From contig DASPLI010000001.1 of assembly GCA_035627655.1 (NCBI GenBank), positions 464,217-521,508 on the forward strand: 57,292 nt of DNA. Reading direction: 5' to 3'. Positions 8,325 through 18,292 of the stretch are shown here, one piece after another. The DNA is from Minisyncoccota bacterium. Its GTDB lineage: Bacteria; Patescibacteriota; Minisyncoccia; Phycocordibacterales; Phycocordibacteraceae. The notes under the pieces were generated by a model, which was given only the letters and a program-made list of their open reading frames with translations, searched no databases and had not been told where the DNA came from. The position numbers and the translations under genes are program-made. Each line of letters begins with the position of its first letter. Positions within the stretch are counted from its first letter, which is position 1.

Positions 8325-9557
8325 TTACTTCTTGTTGTTCCTGCGGAGGAAGGAGGGGATAGCGCCCCAGCTTTCTTCGTCTTCAACAACCGGCTTGATC
8401 TCTTCTTCTTTCTTGCGAGATGTGGCGGTGACGACTGGCTCTACTTTCTCTTTCTTTGGCTCTTCAACGGGCGGTTCTTCCTTTGCCTTAGCAATCTCGT
8501 TGTAAATCTTTCCGCGGGTCTCTTCCTGCTGTTTTGGCGGCATGGAGAAGAGCGAGCGCTCGGTTATGACGGGTGCTGAAGTGTGCTCAGGTACGGAGCC
8601 TTCAGGGAAACCGGTTGCAATGACGATAATGCGGATCTGGCCCTTCTTGAGCTTCTCGTCGCGCATGATACCGAAGATGATCTTCGCATTGCGATCAACC
8701 GACTCGTTGATAACCTTTGCAGCTTCCTGGACTTCGAGAATACCGAGGTCCTCGGAACCAGCGACTACGAAGAGGATACCCTTGGCACCATTGATGGATA
8801 CGTCGAGGAGCGGGGAATTGACTGCCGCATGTGCAGCGTCGCGGGCGCGGTTATCGCCTTCGGCAACGCCGATACCCATGAGTGCAGGACCAGCGCCTTC
8901 GACGACTGCCTTGATGTCGTTGAAGTCGGTGTTGATCTCACCTGGCGTCGTGATGATGTCAGAGACACCCTCGACTGCCTGGCGGAGAATCTCATCAGAG
9001 AGAGCGAACGCATTCTTCGCGCTCGTGCCTGGCTCAACAATCTGGAGCAGCTTGTCGTTCGGAATGATGAGGTAGGCGTCTACTTCCTTCTTGAGCTCGG
9101 AGAGGCCGTGCTCAGCAATGTCCTTGCGCTGTGCGCCTTCGAAGGAGAATGGCTTGGTGACAACGGCAACAGTGAGTGCGCCAACCTCCTTGGCGATCTT
9201 TGCGACTGCAGGTGCGGCACCCGTTCCGGTTCCGCCGCCCATACCACAGGTGATGAACACCATGTCAGAACCCTGGAGTGCTTCCTGGATTTCCTGGCGG
9301 GTTTCTTCCGCAGCACGGCGACCGAGTTCCGGATTCATGCCGGTACCAAGACCGCGGGTGAGGTTCTTGCCGATGTGGATCTTTCGCTTAGCAAGCGAAC
9401 GATGCAGGTCCTGCGCGTCAGAGTTGACCGCAATGAATTCAACCCCCTTCACTTTGGAGGCGATCATGTGGTTGATGGCATTGCCACCGGAGCCTCCACA
9501 GCCAACGACCCGTATCCGGGCGAAGGTCTCGATCTCAGGCACGACGCGCTTACTCAT
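8325..9557 (-). CDS. ftsZ: Cell division protein FtsZ
   Basis: GMGGGTGTG tubulin signature, NTDFND T7 loop, C-terminal IPSFLRR peptide. Confidence 0.98.
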   Translation of the reverse strand: MSKRVVPEIETFARIRVVGCGGSGGNAINHMIASKVKGVEFIAVNSDAQDLHRSLAKRKIHIGKNLTRGLGTGMNPELGRRAAEETRQEIQEALQGSDMVFITCGMGGGTGTGAAPAVAKIAKEVGALTVAVVTKPFSFEGAQRKDIAEHGLSELKKEVDAYLIIPNDKLLQIVEPGTSAKNAFALSDEILRQAVEGVSDIITTPGEINTDFNDIKAVVEGAGPALMGIGVAEGDNRARDAAHAAVNSPLLDVSINGAKGILFVVAGSEDLGILEVQEAAKVINESVDRNAKIIFGIMRDEKLKKGQIRIIVIATGFPEGSVPEHTSAPVITERSLFSMPPKQQEETRGKIYNEIAKAKEEPPVEEPKKEKVEPVVTATSRKKEEEIKPVVEDEESWGAIPSFLRRNNKK

Positions 9558-9713
9558 AGGCTCTTAGGGTTGGCTAAATAAATAGAGGATTCGGGACAAT
9601 CATACGCTTATCGCAAGGCCGTGCAAACGTTGATTTAGTCATCAAAAGTGTTCTTATTTTCTGCCGGAAAAAGGAAAGGGCGCCCGAGAGGGGCGCCCGA
9701 ACCGTCGTTCGTA

Positions 9714-10022
9714 TCAGATACGCACGTCGATGGCTGCATATTTTACCGCTCGCACGCCTCGATTGAAGTAGTGAAGCGCTTCGACGCAGCTTGGCAACAG
9801 GCAAGCCATCCATAGGGCGCTCATCGCAGAGATAAGCGCCACTGGCATTTGCCACCAGCAAACTTCGCTTTGCGCAAAGTCGGCAAACAAGAGCCAAGCC
9901 AGGTAGCCGAAGAGTCCAATCAACAGCGTGAGCATGACGAGGAATGCGATCGCCCAATTTCTTGAGGCTCTCGCATGATTGAGTGCGTTCTGCAGTCGTG
10001 TGGTGCCATGCAGTGTGTTCAT
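9714..10022 (-). CDS. Small two-TM hypothetical protein inserted between ftsA and ftsZ
   Basis: AAGGAGG SD, two hydrophobic helices, downstream hairpin near 9677-9697. Confidence 0.7.
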   Translation of the reverse strand: MNTLHGTTRLQNALNHARASRNWAIAFLVMLTLLIGLFGYLAWLLFADFAQSEVCWWQMPVALISAMSALWMACLLPSCVEALHYFNRGVRAVKYAAIDVRI

Positions 10023-10094
10023 GGCGTCCTCCTTCCAAGAGGTAATATACTTTATTATACCACACTTGTCAAGTTGTATAACTGCTGACTGCAG

Positions 10095-11267
10095 TTACGG
10101 TAGGAATTGCTGGAGGAAGCGACGGAGCGATTTACCCGTCCCGGCAAAATGATTCTTCTTTGGTGTATCGGTGTCTCCAGTGAGGCCCCAGAGTGCAAGC
10201 CCGAATGCTACCGCCCAGGTTGCGTCCTTGATCTTCGCGTCCGGCGGTGTCTGCATATCGGCAATCTTTGATGGGAGCGCGAGTGATCCTTTAGCGATAT
10301 CTGTTACCTGGCCCTGGCCGGAAGCGCCGCCGGAGATGATGATGCCGGCCGGCAGATTCCCGCGCTTACCAAGCGCGCGCAGGTGCTTGTCGATGAGGTC
10401 GAACATGTGGCGGAAGCGGCCCGTGATGATGTCGTCGACTTTTTTCTTGGGATACATCGCGCCGCCAAGCCGTCCCATCTTGATCCGCTCCGCGTCCTCA
10501 AGCGAAACCCGGAACCCGAGCGCAAGCTCGTCAGTAATCGTCGAACCGCCGGCTGGAAATACTTTCATGGAAATAGGCACGTTCTCGTCGTACACCACGA
10601 TGGAAAGCGTCTCAGCACCAATATTGGCGAGCACGCAGCCCTTCATCTTCTGATCTTTCGTCAGGGTCACATAGGAGCCGGCAAGCGGGGAGGCCATGCA
10701 GTCGATAATGTCGATGTCGGCTGCCTCGGCAACAGCAATGAGCGCGCTAGCATGGCTCTCAAGACAAGTAATGAAAAGATAGTCCGCCTCAAGTCGTGTG
10801 CCGCGAAGGCCGACCGGATCGCCAAGAACCTTGTGTCCGTCGACGCGGTACTGGAGTGGAATCTCATGGAGGACACGGCGGTTGAGGAAGTGCGGCTCGG
10901 CGCTCATGCGCGCGCTGTCTAGAACCTTCTCAATATCAAGCTCGGTAATCTCCTGGTCTGCGCGGGACACGACGCAGGCGCCGGTTGCGCGCGCCTCATC
11001 AAGCGAAATACCGCCTATGGAGAGGAAGGCGGTCTTAATAGGAACGCGTGCGGCCTGTTCCGCTTGGCGTTTAGCGGCGCGGACGGTGGCAGCGGCATCT
11101 TCCGGATCAACGACGTATCCGTGGCGCATGCCCGCGGACGGAACAAGACCCGTCCCGATGATGCGGGGTACGCTCGCGCCCGTTTGGGTGCGCAGCTCCT
11201 CAACGACGACGATTTTCGTCTGATGGGTGCCGATGTCTATGCCGGTTGCGATTCTTCGTCGGGCCAT
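10095..11267 (-). CDS. ftsA: Cell division protein FtsA
   Basis: GIDIGTHQTK, ANIGAET, ISGGAS actin-like ATPase motifs; start reassigned to ATG 11267. Confidence 0.95.
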   Translation of the reverse strand: MARRRIATGIDIGTHQTKIVVVEELRTQTGASVPRIIGTGLVPSAGMRHGYVVDPEDAAATVRAAKRQAEQAARVPIKTAFLSIGGISLDEARATGACVVSRADQEITELDIEKVLDSARMSAEPHFLNRRVLHEIPLQYRVDGHKVLGDPVGLRGTRLEADYLFITCLESHASALIAVAEAADIDIIDCMASPLAGSYVTLTKDQKMKGCVLANIGAETLSIVVYDENVPISMKVFPAGGSTITDELALGFRVSLEDAERIKMGRLGGAMYPKKKVDDIITGRFRHMFDLIDKHLRALGKRGNLPAGIIISGGASGQGQVTDIAKGSLALPSKIADMQTPPDAKIKDATWAVAFGLALWGLTGDTDTPKKNHFAGTGKSLRRFLQQFLP

Positions 11268-11658
11268 TTCGTTTTGAGGGAACGCTGATAAACCGGGCAA
11301 GGAGTGCCCGCTCTGTGCGTTCCATTGTAGGCCCGTGTAGCTTCCCATTCAAATGGAGGCAGCCGTGGATAAAGAGGAAGGCGACAAAGGTGGTATAGCT
11401 CATGCCATACTCCGGCGCCTGCTTTTTTGCCTCTTCAAGGCAGATTAAGATCTCGCCACTCTTGGTGCCGGTCACGTACGAGAGGACGTTCGGCACGTAT
11501 GTTTTGTTGCGCAAGGTCGAATTCACCGCCTTCGCCTTTGCCTTCGTCACGTACACGAGCGAGACCTCCCATTTCGGGAGAACATGATTGGCGATTGCCT
11601 CGTACGGAAAACGAGGCGCAGAGCGCCTCGTTAGGTTCCGGAGAGAAGTCGTTGCCAC
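11200..11658 (-). CDS. ybeY: rRNA maturation endoribonuclease YbeY
   Basis: HGCLHLNGKLH zinc motif, NVLSY. Confidence 0.9.
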   Translation of the reverse strand: MATTSLRNLTRRSAPRFPYEAIANHVLPKWEVSLVYVTKAKAKAVNSTLRNKTYVPNVLSYVTGTKSGEILICLEEAKKQAPEYGMSYTTFVAFLFIHGCLHLNGKLHGPTMERTERALLARFISVPSKRNGPTKNRNRHRHRHPSDENRRR

Positions 11659-11916
11659 TTACTTGCGGCGGCCGCGTGGGGCCGAGAGGTCGATCTTGCC
11701 AAGCTTCACTTCCTCATTGAACTTCGCGATGCGCTCGCTGCGGATGAGGGCGCGCTTGTGGTCGACATTCTTCGACTTCTGGCGCTCATAGTAGCGCTTC
11801 TTGCGCATCTGACGCACGAGATTCAACCCCTGCGCGCGGCGGGAAAAACGACGGATCAGGGAGGCAGAACTTTCGTTCTTGCCGCGCCTGACCTCTACGC
11901 GTACTGCGTTTACCAT
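11659..11916 (-). CDS. rpsU: 30S ribosomal protein S21
   Basis: KNESSASLIRRFSRR...RKKRYYER; start ATG 11916. Confidence 0.85.
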   Translation of the reverse strand: MVNAVRVEVRRGKNESSASLIRRFSRRAQGLNLVRQMRKKRYYERQKSKNVDHKRALIRSERIAKFNEEVKLGKIDLSAPRGRRK

Positions 11917-12009
11917 AATGCAGAGGACTGTAGCATATACGCCGTAGTTGTGTCCAGGCGGGGTCTGAGGCACTATGCGCAAGGATAACTAGCTAGGGAG
12001 TCCGATCCA

Positions 12010-12810
12010 ATGGATCTTGCAAACCCTTCACGGGTCTACCGACTTTCATTTCGATCCGCTAAAGATACCCAAGGACCGCCCACTCTCGTCTTTCGACTTA
12101 GCACGTATGACGGGGAGCGGCTCGGTGAGCAGCTTCGACTGCTTGAGCCAGTGCTGCCAAAAGTCGCTCAGGAGTATACCGGCACTGCGACATCGTTCTT
12201 CTGGCCCGGTATGGGGCATCCAGAGCTCTTTGCAGAGCCTGAACCATTCCAGGTCGGTTATGGACGATGTGGGCGGTTAGTGACCGTTGACGATGAGGTT
12301 GAAGTGCAGCTGCCGCTCTCTGCAAAGCACCTCTTCGACACTGCTCTCACGATCACCATCCTGCTTGAGTCGTTGAACGCACTGCCAAAAGGCGGGCGGC
12401 CGAGCAATCGGCAGCAGCTTCTGCGGATATCGACGCTTTGTCAGCGGGGCGGACACTATGCGCATGCGGCGCATGGCCACGTGTTTCCTGTAGTGTGTCG
12501 GTGGCTTGCCGAACATCCCGGGAAACTTCCTTCAACAGTGACGCAAGCAATGAAAGAGGTGTGGCGGGCGGTCGCTCCAAAAGAGCTTCGCCGGTACGAA
12601 AACGAGTGTGTCGCGTCTGTCACAGACGGACGATTCTTTTTCGGCTGTTTCGGCAATGCCTGCGACCTTGCGATCTATCCGGACAACGTCTTTGATGACG
12701 AGTTCTGGGAAAACTGCTCGTTCAGCTGTCACAATCTCGATACTGCATTCCAGCAGCTCACGTTGCTATCTGGCCTTGCAGCCATGACGGATCTGATACG
12801 TGACGAATAA
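12010..12810 (+). CDS. Hypothetical protein
   Basis: 266 aa ORF with SD and terminator 12813-12840; C-terminal GNACDL...CHNLDT..QQLTLLSGLA. Confidence 0.8.
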   Translation: MDLANPSRVYRLSFRSAKDTQGPPTLVFRLSTYDGERLGEQLRLLEPVLPKVAQEYTGTATSFFWPGMGHPELFAEPEPFQVGYGRCGRLVTVDDEVEVQLPLSAKHLFDTALTITILLESLNALPKGGRPSNRQQLLRISTLCQRGGHYAHAAHGHVFPVVCRWLAEHPGKLPSTVTQAMKEVWRAVAPKELRRYENECVASVTDGRFFFGCFGNACDLAIYPDNVFDDEFWENCSFSCHNLDTAFQQLTLLSGLAAMTDLIRDE

Positions 12811-12844
12811 CAAAACCGCCGCGATCTCTCGCGGCGGTTTCTGT

Positions 12845-13984
12845 TTAGGCAACAGCCCGCAACTGATCCACGAGTTTATCAAGCGGAATGAAGGTCTCGG
12901 AGTGTGTTGCGCGCTCGCGGAGAATCACGGAGCGCTCAAGCGCTTCCTTGCGTCCCATGATGAGGAGGTAGCGCGGGTTGAGGGAGTCAGCAAGGCGCAT
13001 CTGCTCGGAGAGAGACTCAACGCCAAGCACCTGTGAAAGCGGAATGCGGGCTTTGCGAAGGTCGTCGGCCATGCGGATAGACATGCGCTTGGCTTCGTCC
13101 CCGATATGCACGAACACAAACCGCGGCGCATGCTTCTCGCGAAGCGGAGCAATGACCGCACGATCCTCAATCGTCACACGCAGGAGTGCGCCAACAGACG
13201 CCGGTGCGTTCTTCCAAAACGGCTTCTGCAGATCGTGATAGCGAGAACCCCACGCATGCACGCGATCCCCAGCAGTCACCTCAAAGCAGGTTTCGTTCCA
13301 GGTGCCGCCCTTCGAGAGAATATCCGGCGCAAGCTCGTACGGCGTCTCGGTCGCTTCAAGGTATTCAAGCAGCGTTTCAAAGTGCTTGCGGCTTGCCTCG
13401 GAGAGATGGTCTGTTGAGGAGGGCATGCCATGGTCTTCAGACTTGGAAAGAAGTTCGGCAGCGGCAAACACGTCGCTTCTGGCGCGTTCGACAAACTCAG
13501 GCGGCAGGGTCGCCGCTCGTTTGCGGAAGAAGGTCGCAAGCTCGCGCGCAAGCCGTGCGCGAGTTTCCTTGTCACCCATAGAATTGATGCGCAGGCGCGG
13601 CTCCTTCTTTGCAATATCACCAGCAAGCGCGGAGATGGCACGGATCAAGACAGCGTCTGCAATCGCGCGGTCAGCGCCAAGCGCATGGAACTGAATGATG
13701 ATCTGCTTGGGTGCCGGACGCCCGGGCGCAGCATTCGTGTGCCAGAAAAAGAGCGGCGAGGTGCTAGACGGTGTGAGGCCGGCATCGCGAACGCGCTTGA
13801 GGAAACCAGCAACTTCTTTGGCGTGCGGATCGAGCGCCTCAAGCGACATGTTTTCCGGATATCCCGCTGCAGTCTTCGATCCGCGCGTCTTGAGCGTTGC
13901 GGTCGCAAGCGGCGTGAAGCCGTAATATGTGCCGACCGCGTGCGCGCGCTTCAAAATATCACCAGCATCAAAAGTGGGGGTCAT
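12845..13984 (-). CDS. Degenerate histidyl-tRNA synthetase paralog (HisS/HisZ-like) with anticodon-binding domain
   Basis: YYGF, RINSMGD, LEYLEA.ETPYEL, GSRY, C-terminal HGTP-type anticodon domain; catalytic motifs eroded. Confidence 0.8.
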   Translation of the reverse strand: MTPTFDAGDILKRAHAVGTYYGFTPLATATLKTRGSKTAAGYPENMSLEALDPHAKEVAGFLKRVRDAGLTPSSTSPLFFWHTNAAPGRPAPKQIIIQFHALGADRAIADAVLIRAISALAGDIAKKEPRLRINSMGDKETRARLARELATFFRKRAATLPPEFVERARSDVFAAAELLSKSEDHGMPSSTDHLSEASRKHFETLLEYLEATETPYELAPDILSKGGTWNETCFEVTAGDRVHAWGSRYHDLQKPFWKNAPASVGALLRVTIEDRAVIAPLREKHAPRFVFVHIGDEAKRMSIRMADDLRKARIPLSQVLGVESLSEQMRLADSLNPRYLLIMGRKEALERSVILRERATHSETFIPLDKLVDQLRAVA

Positions 13985-14520
13985 TGTGGAAGCTCGACGT
14001 CGCCCGGATGCATTGCCGCAGAAGCGACGGGGAAGATACGTACAAAGGCTTTACCAATAATGTCGTCCTTCGCGAGCGGACCCCAGATGCGAGAGTCCGA
14101 ACTCTTCGGGCGGTTGTCGCCCATCACGAAGTACTGTTCAGAGCCGAGCGTTGCGTTGAGGGTGTAGGTAGCGTCTTCGGTAACGACATACGGCTCATCA
14201 AGGACGAGCGTGCTGCCATCGGTACGCAAAATGGTTACCGTGCCCCGCTCAATGCGGATCGTTTCGCCCGGTAGTCCGATAACGCGCTTGAGATAGAAGA
14301 GGGATGGGTTATTGGGATAGCGGAATACGACGACATCGCCGCGCTCAGGATCGGCAAGACGATACGAAAGCTCATCAATAATGAGATAGTCGCCATTATC
14401 GAACGTTGGATACATGGAGAGGCCATCAACGACAAATGGCTGCGCGATGAAGACGCGAATAGGAACGACGATGAGTACAGCGAGGAGAACGAGCCAAAAG
14501 ATCTCCTTGAGTACTTTCAT
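13981..14520 (-). CDS. lepB: Signal peptidase I
   Basis: GLSMYPTF (Ser), YLKRVIG (Lys), GDNRPKSSDSR; start ATG 14520. Confidence 0.95.
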   Translation of the reverse strand: MKVLKEIFWLVLLAVLIVVPIRVFIAQPFVVDGLSMYPTFDNGDYLIIDELSYRLADPERGDVVVFRYPNNPSLFYLKRVIGLPGETIRIERGTVTILRTDGSTLVLDEPYVVTEDATYTLNATLGSEQYFVMGDNRPKSSDSRIWGPLAKDDIIGKAFVRIFPVASAAMHPGDVELPQ

Positions 14521-14580
14521 TGGGACGTATTGTATTCCTGTTTTTCGGCGCGTCAAATCCTCGTGCTAGGATCTTTCCTA

Positions 14581-15177
14581 ATGGCATACGTGATTGTGGG
14601 TCTTGGAAACCCCGGAAAGGAGTACGAGAAGACGCGGCACAACGCCGGACGCATGATTGTCGAGCTGTTGGCGAAGCAGGAAGGCTTTCCCGTCTTCGAA
14701 TTTCGAAAAGCAGCGGATGCGCTCGTGTCTGAAGGGGTTATTGATGGAGAAAAGGTGGTGCTTGTGCTCCCCGAAACCATGATGAATCGCTCGGGGAAGT
14801 CAGTCATGAGCTACGTGAAGAGCGTCAAAGCCGCCAAAAACCTCCTCGTGATACAGGACGAGCTCGATTTGCCCTTGGGAACGCTCAAAATGGTCTTTGG
14901 TCGAAACTCGGGCGGCCATCGCGGCGTCGAAAGCGTCATGCGCTCGATCAAGACGAAGGATTTTGCGCGTCTGCGCGTCGGCATTTCAGGCGCCGGGAAG
15001 AAGCATCAGGCAAAGAAACCTTCGGGAGAAGAGAAGGTGGTGAAGCATGTCATTGGAAAGTTTCGTCCAGCAGAAGAAGCAGTGCTCAAAAAGACGCTCA
15101 AGCATGCGGCTGCAGCAGCGCGCCTGTTTGTAACGGAAGGCTTCATCAAAGCGCAGCAGGAAGCTAACACACGCTAG
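14581..15177 (+). CDS. pth: Peptidyl-tRNA hydrolase
   Basis: IVGLGNPG, TRHNAG, DELDLP, GGHRG. Confidence 0.97.
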   Translation: MAYVIVGLGNPGKEYEKTRHNAGRMIVELLAKQEGFPVFEFRKAADALVSEGVIDGEKVVLVLPETMMNRSGKSVMSYVKSVKAAKNLLVIQDELDLPLGTLKMVFGRNSGGHRGVESVMRSIKTKDFARLRVGISGAGKKHQAKKPSGEEKVVKHVIGKFRPAEEAVLKKTLKHAAAAARLFVTEGFIKAQQEANTR

Positions 15178-15226
15178 CGTTTTCAGAGAAGAGGCGTATA
15201 GTCCTCCTCGGAGAAAGGAGGACGAT

Positions 15227-15586
15227 ATGTTCGGACCCGTATCACGCTCTGGCGGGCATACGCGCGTTGATCGAGCAACGATCAGCCGCGCGCTCACTGC
15301 TGCCGGCCGCGTCATGGCCAGTTTCCGCCAACGTCGAGAAACGCTTGAGGCGCGTCTTCTTGCGCTCTATCGACAGATACAAACGGATAAGGATGCGTGG
15401 ATGGCTGCGCGCGAGACTGCATTTCTACTCGCACGCGACCTGATGATGCAGACGCCGTTTACCAAGCAGTCGCCAACGGAGCGCGAAGAAACGCTCTTGC
15501 AGATGGGTGCTGCGATCGAAGCATGTTTCGCTGCACCGACGGAAGGGGAGTTCAAAATCACCTTCTCGCTTCGGTGGCGGTGGTAA
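15227..15586 (+). CDS. Hypothetical helical protein
   Basis: AAGGAGG SD, 119 aa ORF. Confidence 0.7.
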   Translation: MFGPVSRSGGHTRVDRATISRALTAAGRVMASFRQRRETLEARLLALYRQIQTDKDAWMAARETAFLLARDLMMQTPFTKQSPTEREETLLQMGAAIEACFAAPTEGEFKITFSLRWRW

Positions 15587-15676
15587 CGTGCGCGCGCCGG
15601 TACTACACTGCCGGCGCGTTGCCTTTTTTCGCCGTGCGCGCCATACTCCACCTCGGAACACGGGAGGATACAAACG

Positions 15677-16291
15677 ATGGAATCGCCCACGTTCAGCTCA
15701 TGCGAAGAGCTCGAGCGGTACCTTAAGAAGCGAAAAGTGCGAGCGATCGATCGCTGGCCAAAGCCGGTGTGGCGCCTCTGGGAAAATCACCGCGACGGGG
15801 AAGTCGAGTTTCTGGAGTTCGGTAAAGTCACCGCCTATAAGGTGAAGAAAGTCCGACTCCGTATTCTTGCGCACCGTCCCGAAGGCTTGCGGTTCCTCCA
15901 GGAACGGCAAGTCTTTGCAAACGGTCGGTGTCCCGATCCGTCCATGAGTACAAGCGTGAGCGAGAAGCGCCGCTTCTTGTTCAACGAAGACCCATTGGAC
16001 TGTATTCGGCGCGCCCTGTCTGAGGAACTGCAGATTCACGTCGAGGGACCAATCACGAATCTCAGAGATCGTCCGCGTCGGCGAGCGCCTCGGCTGCGAC
16101 AATCAACGTCGCATCCAACACTGCAAGTGTTTGCGGTCCGTGAGCCCTATGAGTGGTTCATGCCGCGAGCATTCCAGCTAGAAGGCTACCAAGAAGTGTG
16201 TAGCTATCGCCGAAGCGACTTTTCATGGGTCGAGCCCGACCAACGCGTTCTTAAGGAAATCGAAGCTCGAGGCATTCCTCAAGCTGCATGA
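15677..16291 (+). CDS. Nudix-like protein, paralog 1
   Basis: ERQVFANG, EDPLDCIRRALSEELQI degenerate Nudix box; SD; hairpin 16305-16330. Confidence 0.65.
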   Translation: MESPTFSSCEELERYLKKRKVRAIDRWPKPVWRLWENHRDGEVEFLEFGKVTAYKVKKVRLRILAHRPEGLRFLQERQVFANGRCPDPSMSTSVSEKRRFLFNEDPLDCIRRALSEELQIHVEGPITNLRDRPRRRAPRLRQSTSHPTLQVFAVREPYEWFMPRAFQLEGYQEVCSYRRSDFSWVEPDQRVLKEIEARGIPQAA

Positions 16292-16412
16292 AGTTCTTCA
16301 TCTACCGCCAGCCCGTTACACGGCTGGCGGCCTTTGTATGCCTTGCACAATTAAAGAAGCGCGCTACCCTTAATGGTGGGCGGGGAAGATCTGAAGCTAA
16401 GGATTCTTCCCC

Positions 16413-17069
16413 ATGTTGTGCTTAGAAAAGCTGAAAGACCGCCTCAGAGAAGGCGGCGTCCCCATAGAAACCTGGGGGCTTCCCGGAACAGCGACCAAAA
16501 CGGTCGAGCACCTTTTTGCAGAGATCAAGGAAGGCTCCGCCTCCATATCTCCAGAAGGCCCGGTAAGCTGTCACAGGACCAGCGTTTGCATCGATATCAC
16601 GCACTTTTGCGTGCTCGAGCTCACGGTACGCCGTCTCGTCGAGACTCGACAGGTATTCCCCGACGGTTCTCCCCGCATGCGCAACCTCCCGTACCTACGA
16701 GAGACTGCGCAATTGATGGAGGATCTTCGCGTTACCGCCTGTCGCGGTCTGCAAGAAGAGCTTGGCATCGACGCCGAGCTTGAGGAGATCATCAATCCGA
16801 ACGTCATCTCTATCGTCAACGCAGAGTTGCCGCGGCAGTACGTTACGAAACACTATACTTCTGACGTCTATCCCGGACTCTCTACGTGGCGCACGGAATG
16901 GCATGTTTCGTATGCGATGCCTCAGCGCCACTATCGGCCTGAGGGATACACGCTCCTTGAGCATGGCATCACCACGCACTTCGAGTGGCTGATCGAACGC
17001 ACACACGAAGAGTGGCAGCGTTTAGGCTTACGCAAACCCTTAAATGAACAACCGCCGGTACGTCAATGA
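16413..17069 (+). CDS. Nudix-like protein, paralog 2
   Basis: TRQVFPDG, EDLRVTACRGLQEELGI; hairpin 17051-17081. Confidence 0.7.
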   Translation: MLCLEKLKDRLREGGVPIETWGLPGTATKTVEHLFAEIKEGSASISPEGPVSCHRTSVCIDITHFCVLELTVRRLVETRQVFPDGSPRMRNLPYLRETAQLMEDLRVTACRGLQEELGIDAELEEIINPNVISIVNAELPRQYVTKHYTSDVYPGLSTWRTEWHVSYAMPQRHYRPEGYTLLEHGITTHFEWLIERTHEEWQRLGLRKPLNEQPPVRQ

Positions 17070-17096
17070 CGGACCGGCGGTCATTCTTTAATTTCC

Positions 17097-18221
17097 TTAC
17101 TTCTTCTTGCCTGCGAACGAGAGCGTCATGCGCTGATCCTTCGGCTCGAAGACCTTGATGGCAAACGGATAGGTCTTGCCAAGCTCCAGAGTCTCGCGAA
17201 GTTCTGCTGGTGAAGCAAACTCGCTGATGTGTACGAGGCCAGCAACGCCTTCTTCGATAGAAGCGAGCGCGCCATGCTTGTTGTACTTGATGATAACGCC
17301 GGAGACTTCCATGCCCTTCTTGTAGCGCTCGGTTGCCGCCTTCCACGGATTCTCTTTGAGCGCTTTGACGGAGAGGGAAATCTTGCCGTCCTTGATCTCG
17401 ATCACCTTCACGCTCACGCGGTCGCCAACCTTAAAGAGGGCGCGCGGGTCTTCAACGAGACCCCAATCAAGCTCGGAGATATGCACGAGACCTTCAAGAC
17501 CCTGCTCGAGCTTCACGAAGACGCCGAAATCAACTGCGCCGGTGACTTCGCCTTCAACGACGTCGCCAACCTGGTACTTGTCGATGAGCGAGGTCTTCTC
17601 CTCGTCCTCAGAACCGGTGCGCTCAGAGAAGATGAGCTTACCTTCCTTTGGCTCGGCCGTGATGATGCGGACGGAGAGCGGCTTGCCAACAAGCTTTTCA
17701 AGCTCGCCGAGAATCTTGTCCTTGTCGCCTTCCGGAACGCGCGGATAGTTGTCCTTCGAGAGCTGGGAAGCAGGGAGGAAGCCCTTGATGCCCTGCCAGG
17801 AAAGGATAAGTCCGCCCTTGTTCGCCTCTTCAACGGTGAGCGTGTAGAGGGTGCCAGAAAGAATGGCAGCCTCCGCCTCGCCCCAGATAGCAGCCTGACG
17901 AGCCTCCTTGAGGGAAAGCTCGATATAGCCGTCGATGCCAGATGGGTCGACAACCTTTGCGGTGATCTGGTCGCCCGGGTTTGCCTTGCGCAGCACGTCT
18001 GCGGCGTTAAGGTACTCGCGGCCGTAAATGATGCCGGTACCAAACGGCGGCAGGTCGACGTACAGGCGGCCGCGCGAAAGCGCGATAATGGTGCCTTCGA
18101 TCAAATCGCCTGCCTTTGGCGGCGTAGCGATAGCATCAACCATGCCGGCCATCGGGTGTCCGGGATCAAGATTAATAGTGACGGTTTCCGGTTTTGGAGC
18201 CGGAGCAGTGTTTTCCTGCAT
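17097..18221 (-). CDS. rpsA: 30S ribosomal protein S1 (four S1 domains)
   Basis: Repeated S1 motifs FGVFVKL..GLEGLVHISE and GVAGLVHISE. Confidence 0.92.
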   Translation of the reverse strand: MQENTAPAPKPETVTINLDPGHPMAGMVDAIATPPKAGDLIEGTIIALSRGRLYVDLPPFGTGIIYGREYLNAADVLRKANPGDQITAKVVDPSGIDGYIELSLKEARQAAIWGEAEAAILSGTLYTLTVEEANKGGLILSWQGIKGFLPASQLSKDNYPRVPEGDKDKILGELEKLVGKPLSVRIITAEPKEGKLIFSERTGSEDEEKTSLIDKYQVGDVVEGEVTGAVDFGVFVKLEQGLEGLVHISELDWGLVEDPRALFKVGDRVSVKVIEIKDGKISLSVKALKENPWKAATERYKKGMEVSGVIIKYNKHGALASIEEGVAGLVHISEFASPAELRETLELGKTYPFAIKVFEPKDQRMTLSFAGKKK

Positions 18222-18250
18222 GTATATATGTGCCAGGTCGCGTCTGCGCC

Positions 18251-18292
18251 GCGGGTTCTGAGGGTCCGAAGACCACTGCAGGGTTAGCCCGC
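18251..18292 (-). promoter_or_regulatory. Structured rpsA 5' leader
   Basis: GCGGG/CCCGC outer stem enclosing GGTC-TTCG-GACC hairpin, 30 nt before an SD-less ATG. Confidence 0.45.

Noticed and set aside
8583-9581. Long antisense ORFs (also 17229-18287, 21750-22784, 32770-33636, 48391-49356, 50815-51765)
   Set aside because: Shadows of conserved genes caused by codon bias; no motifs or start signals
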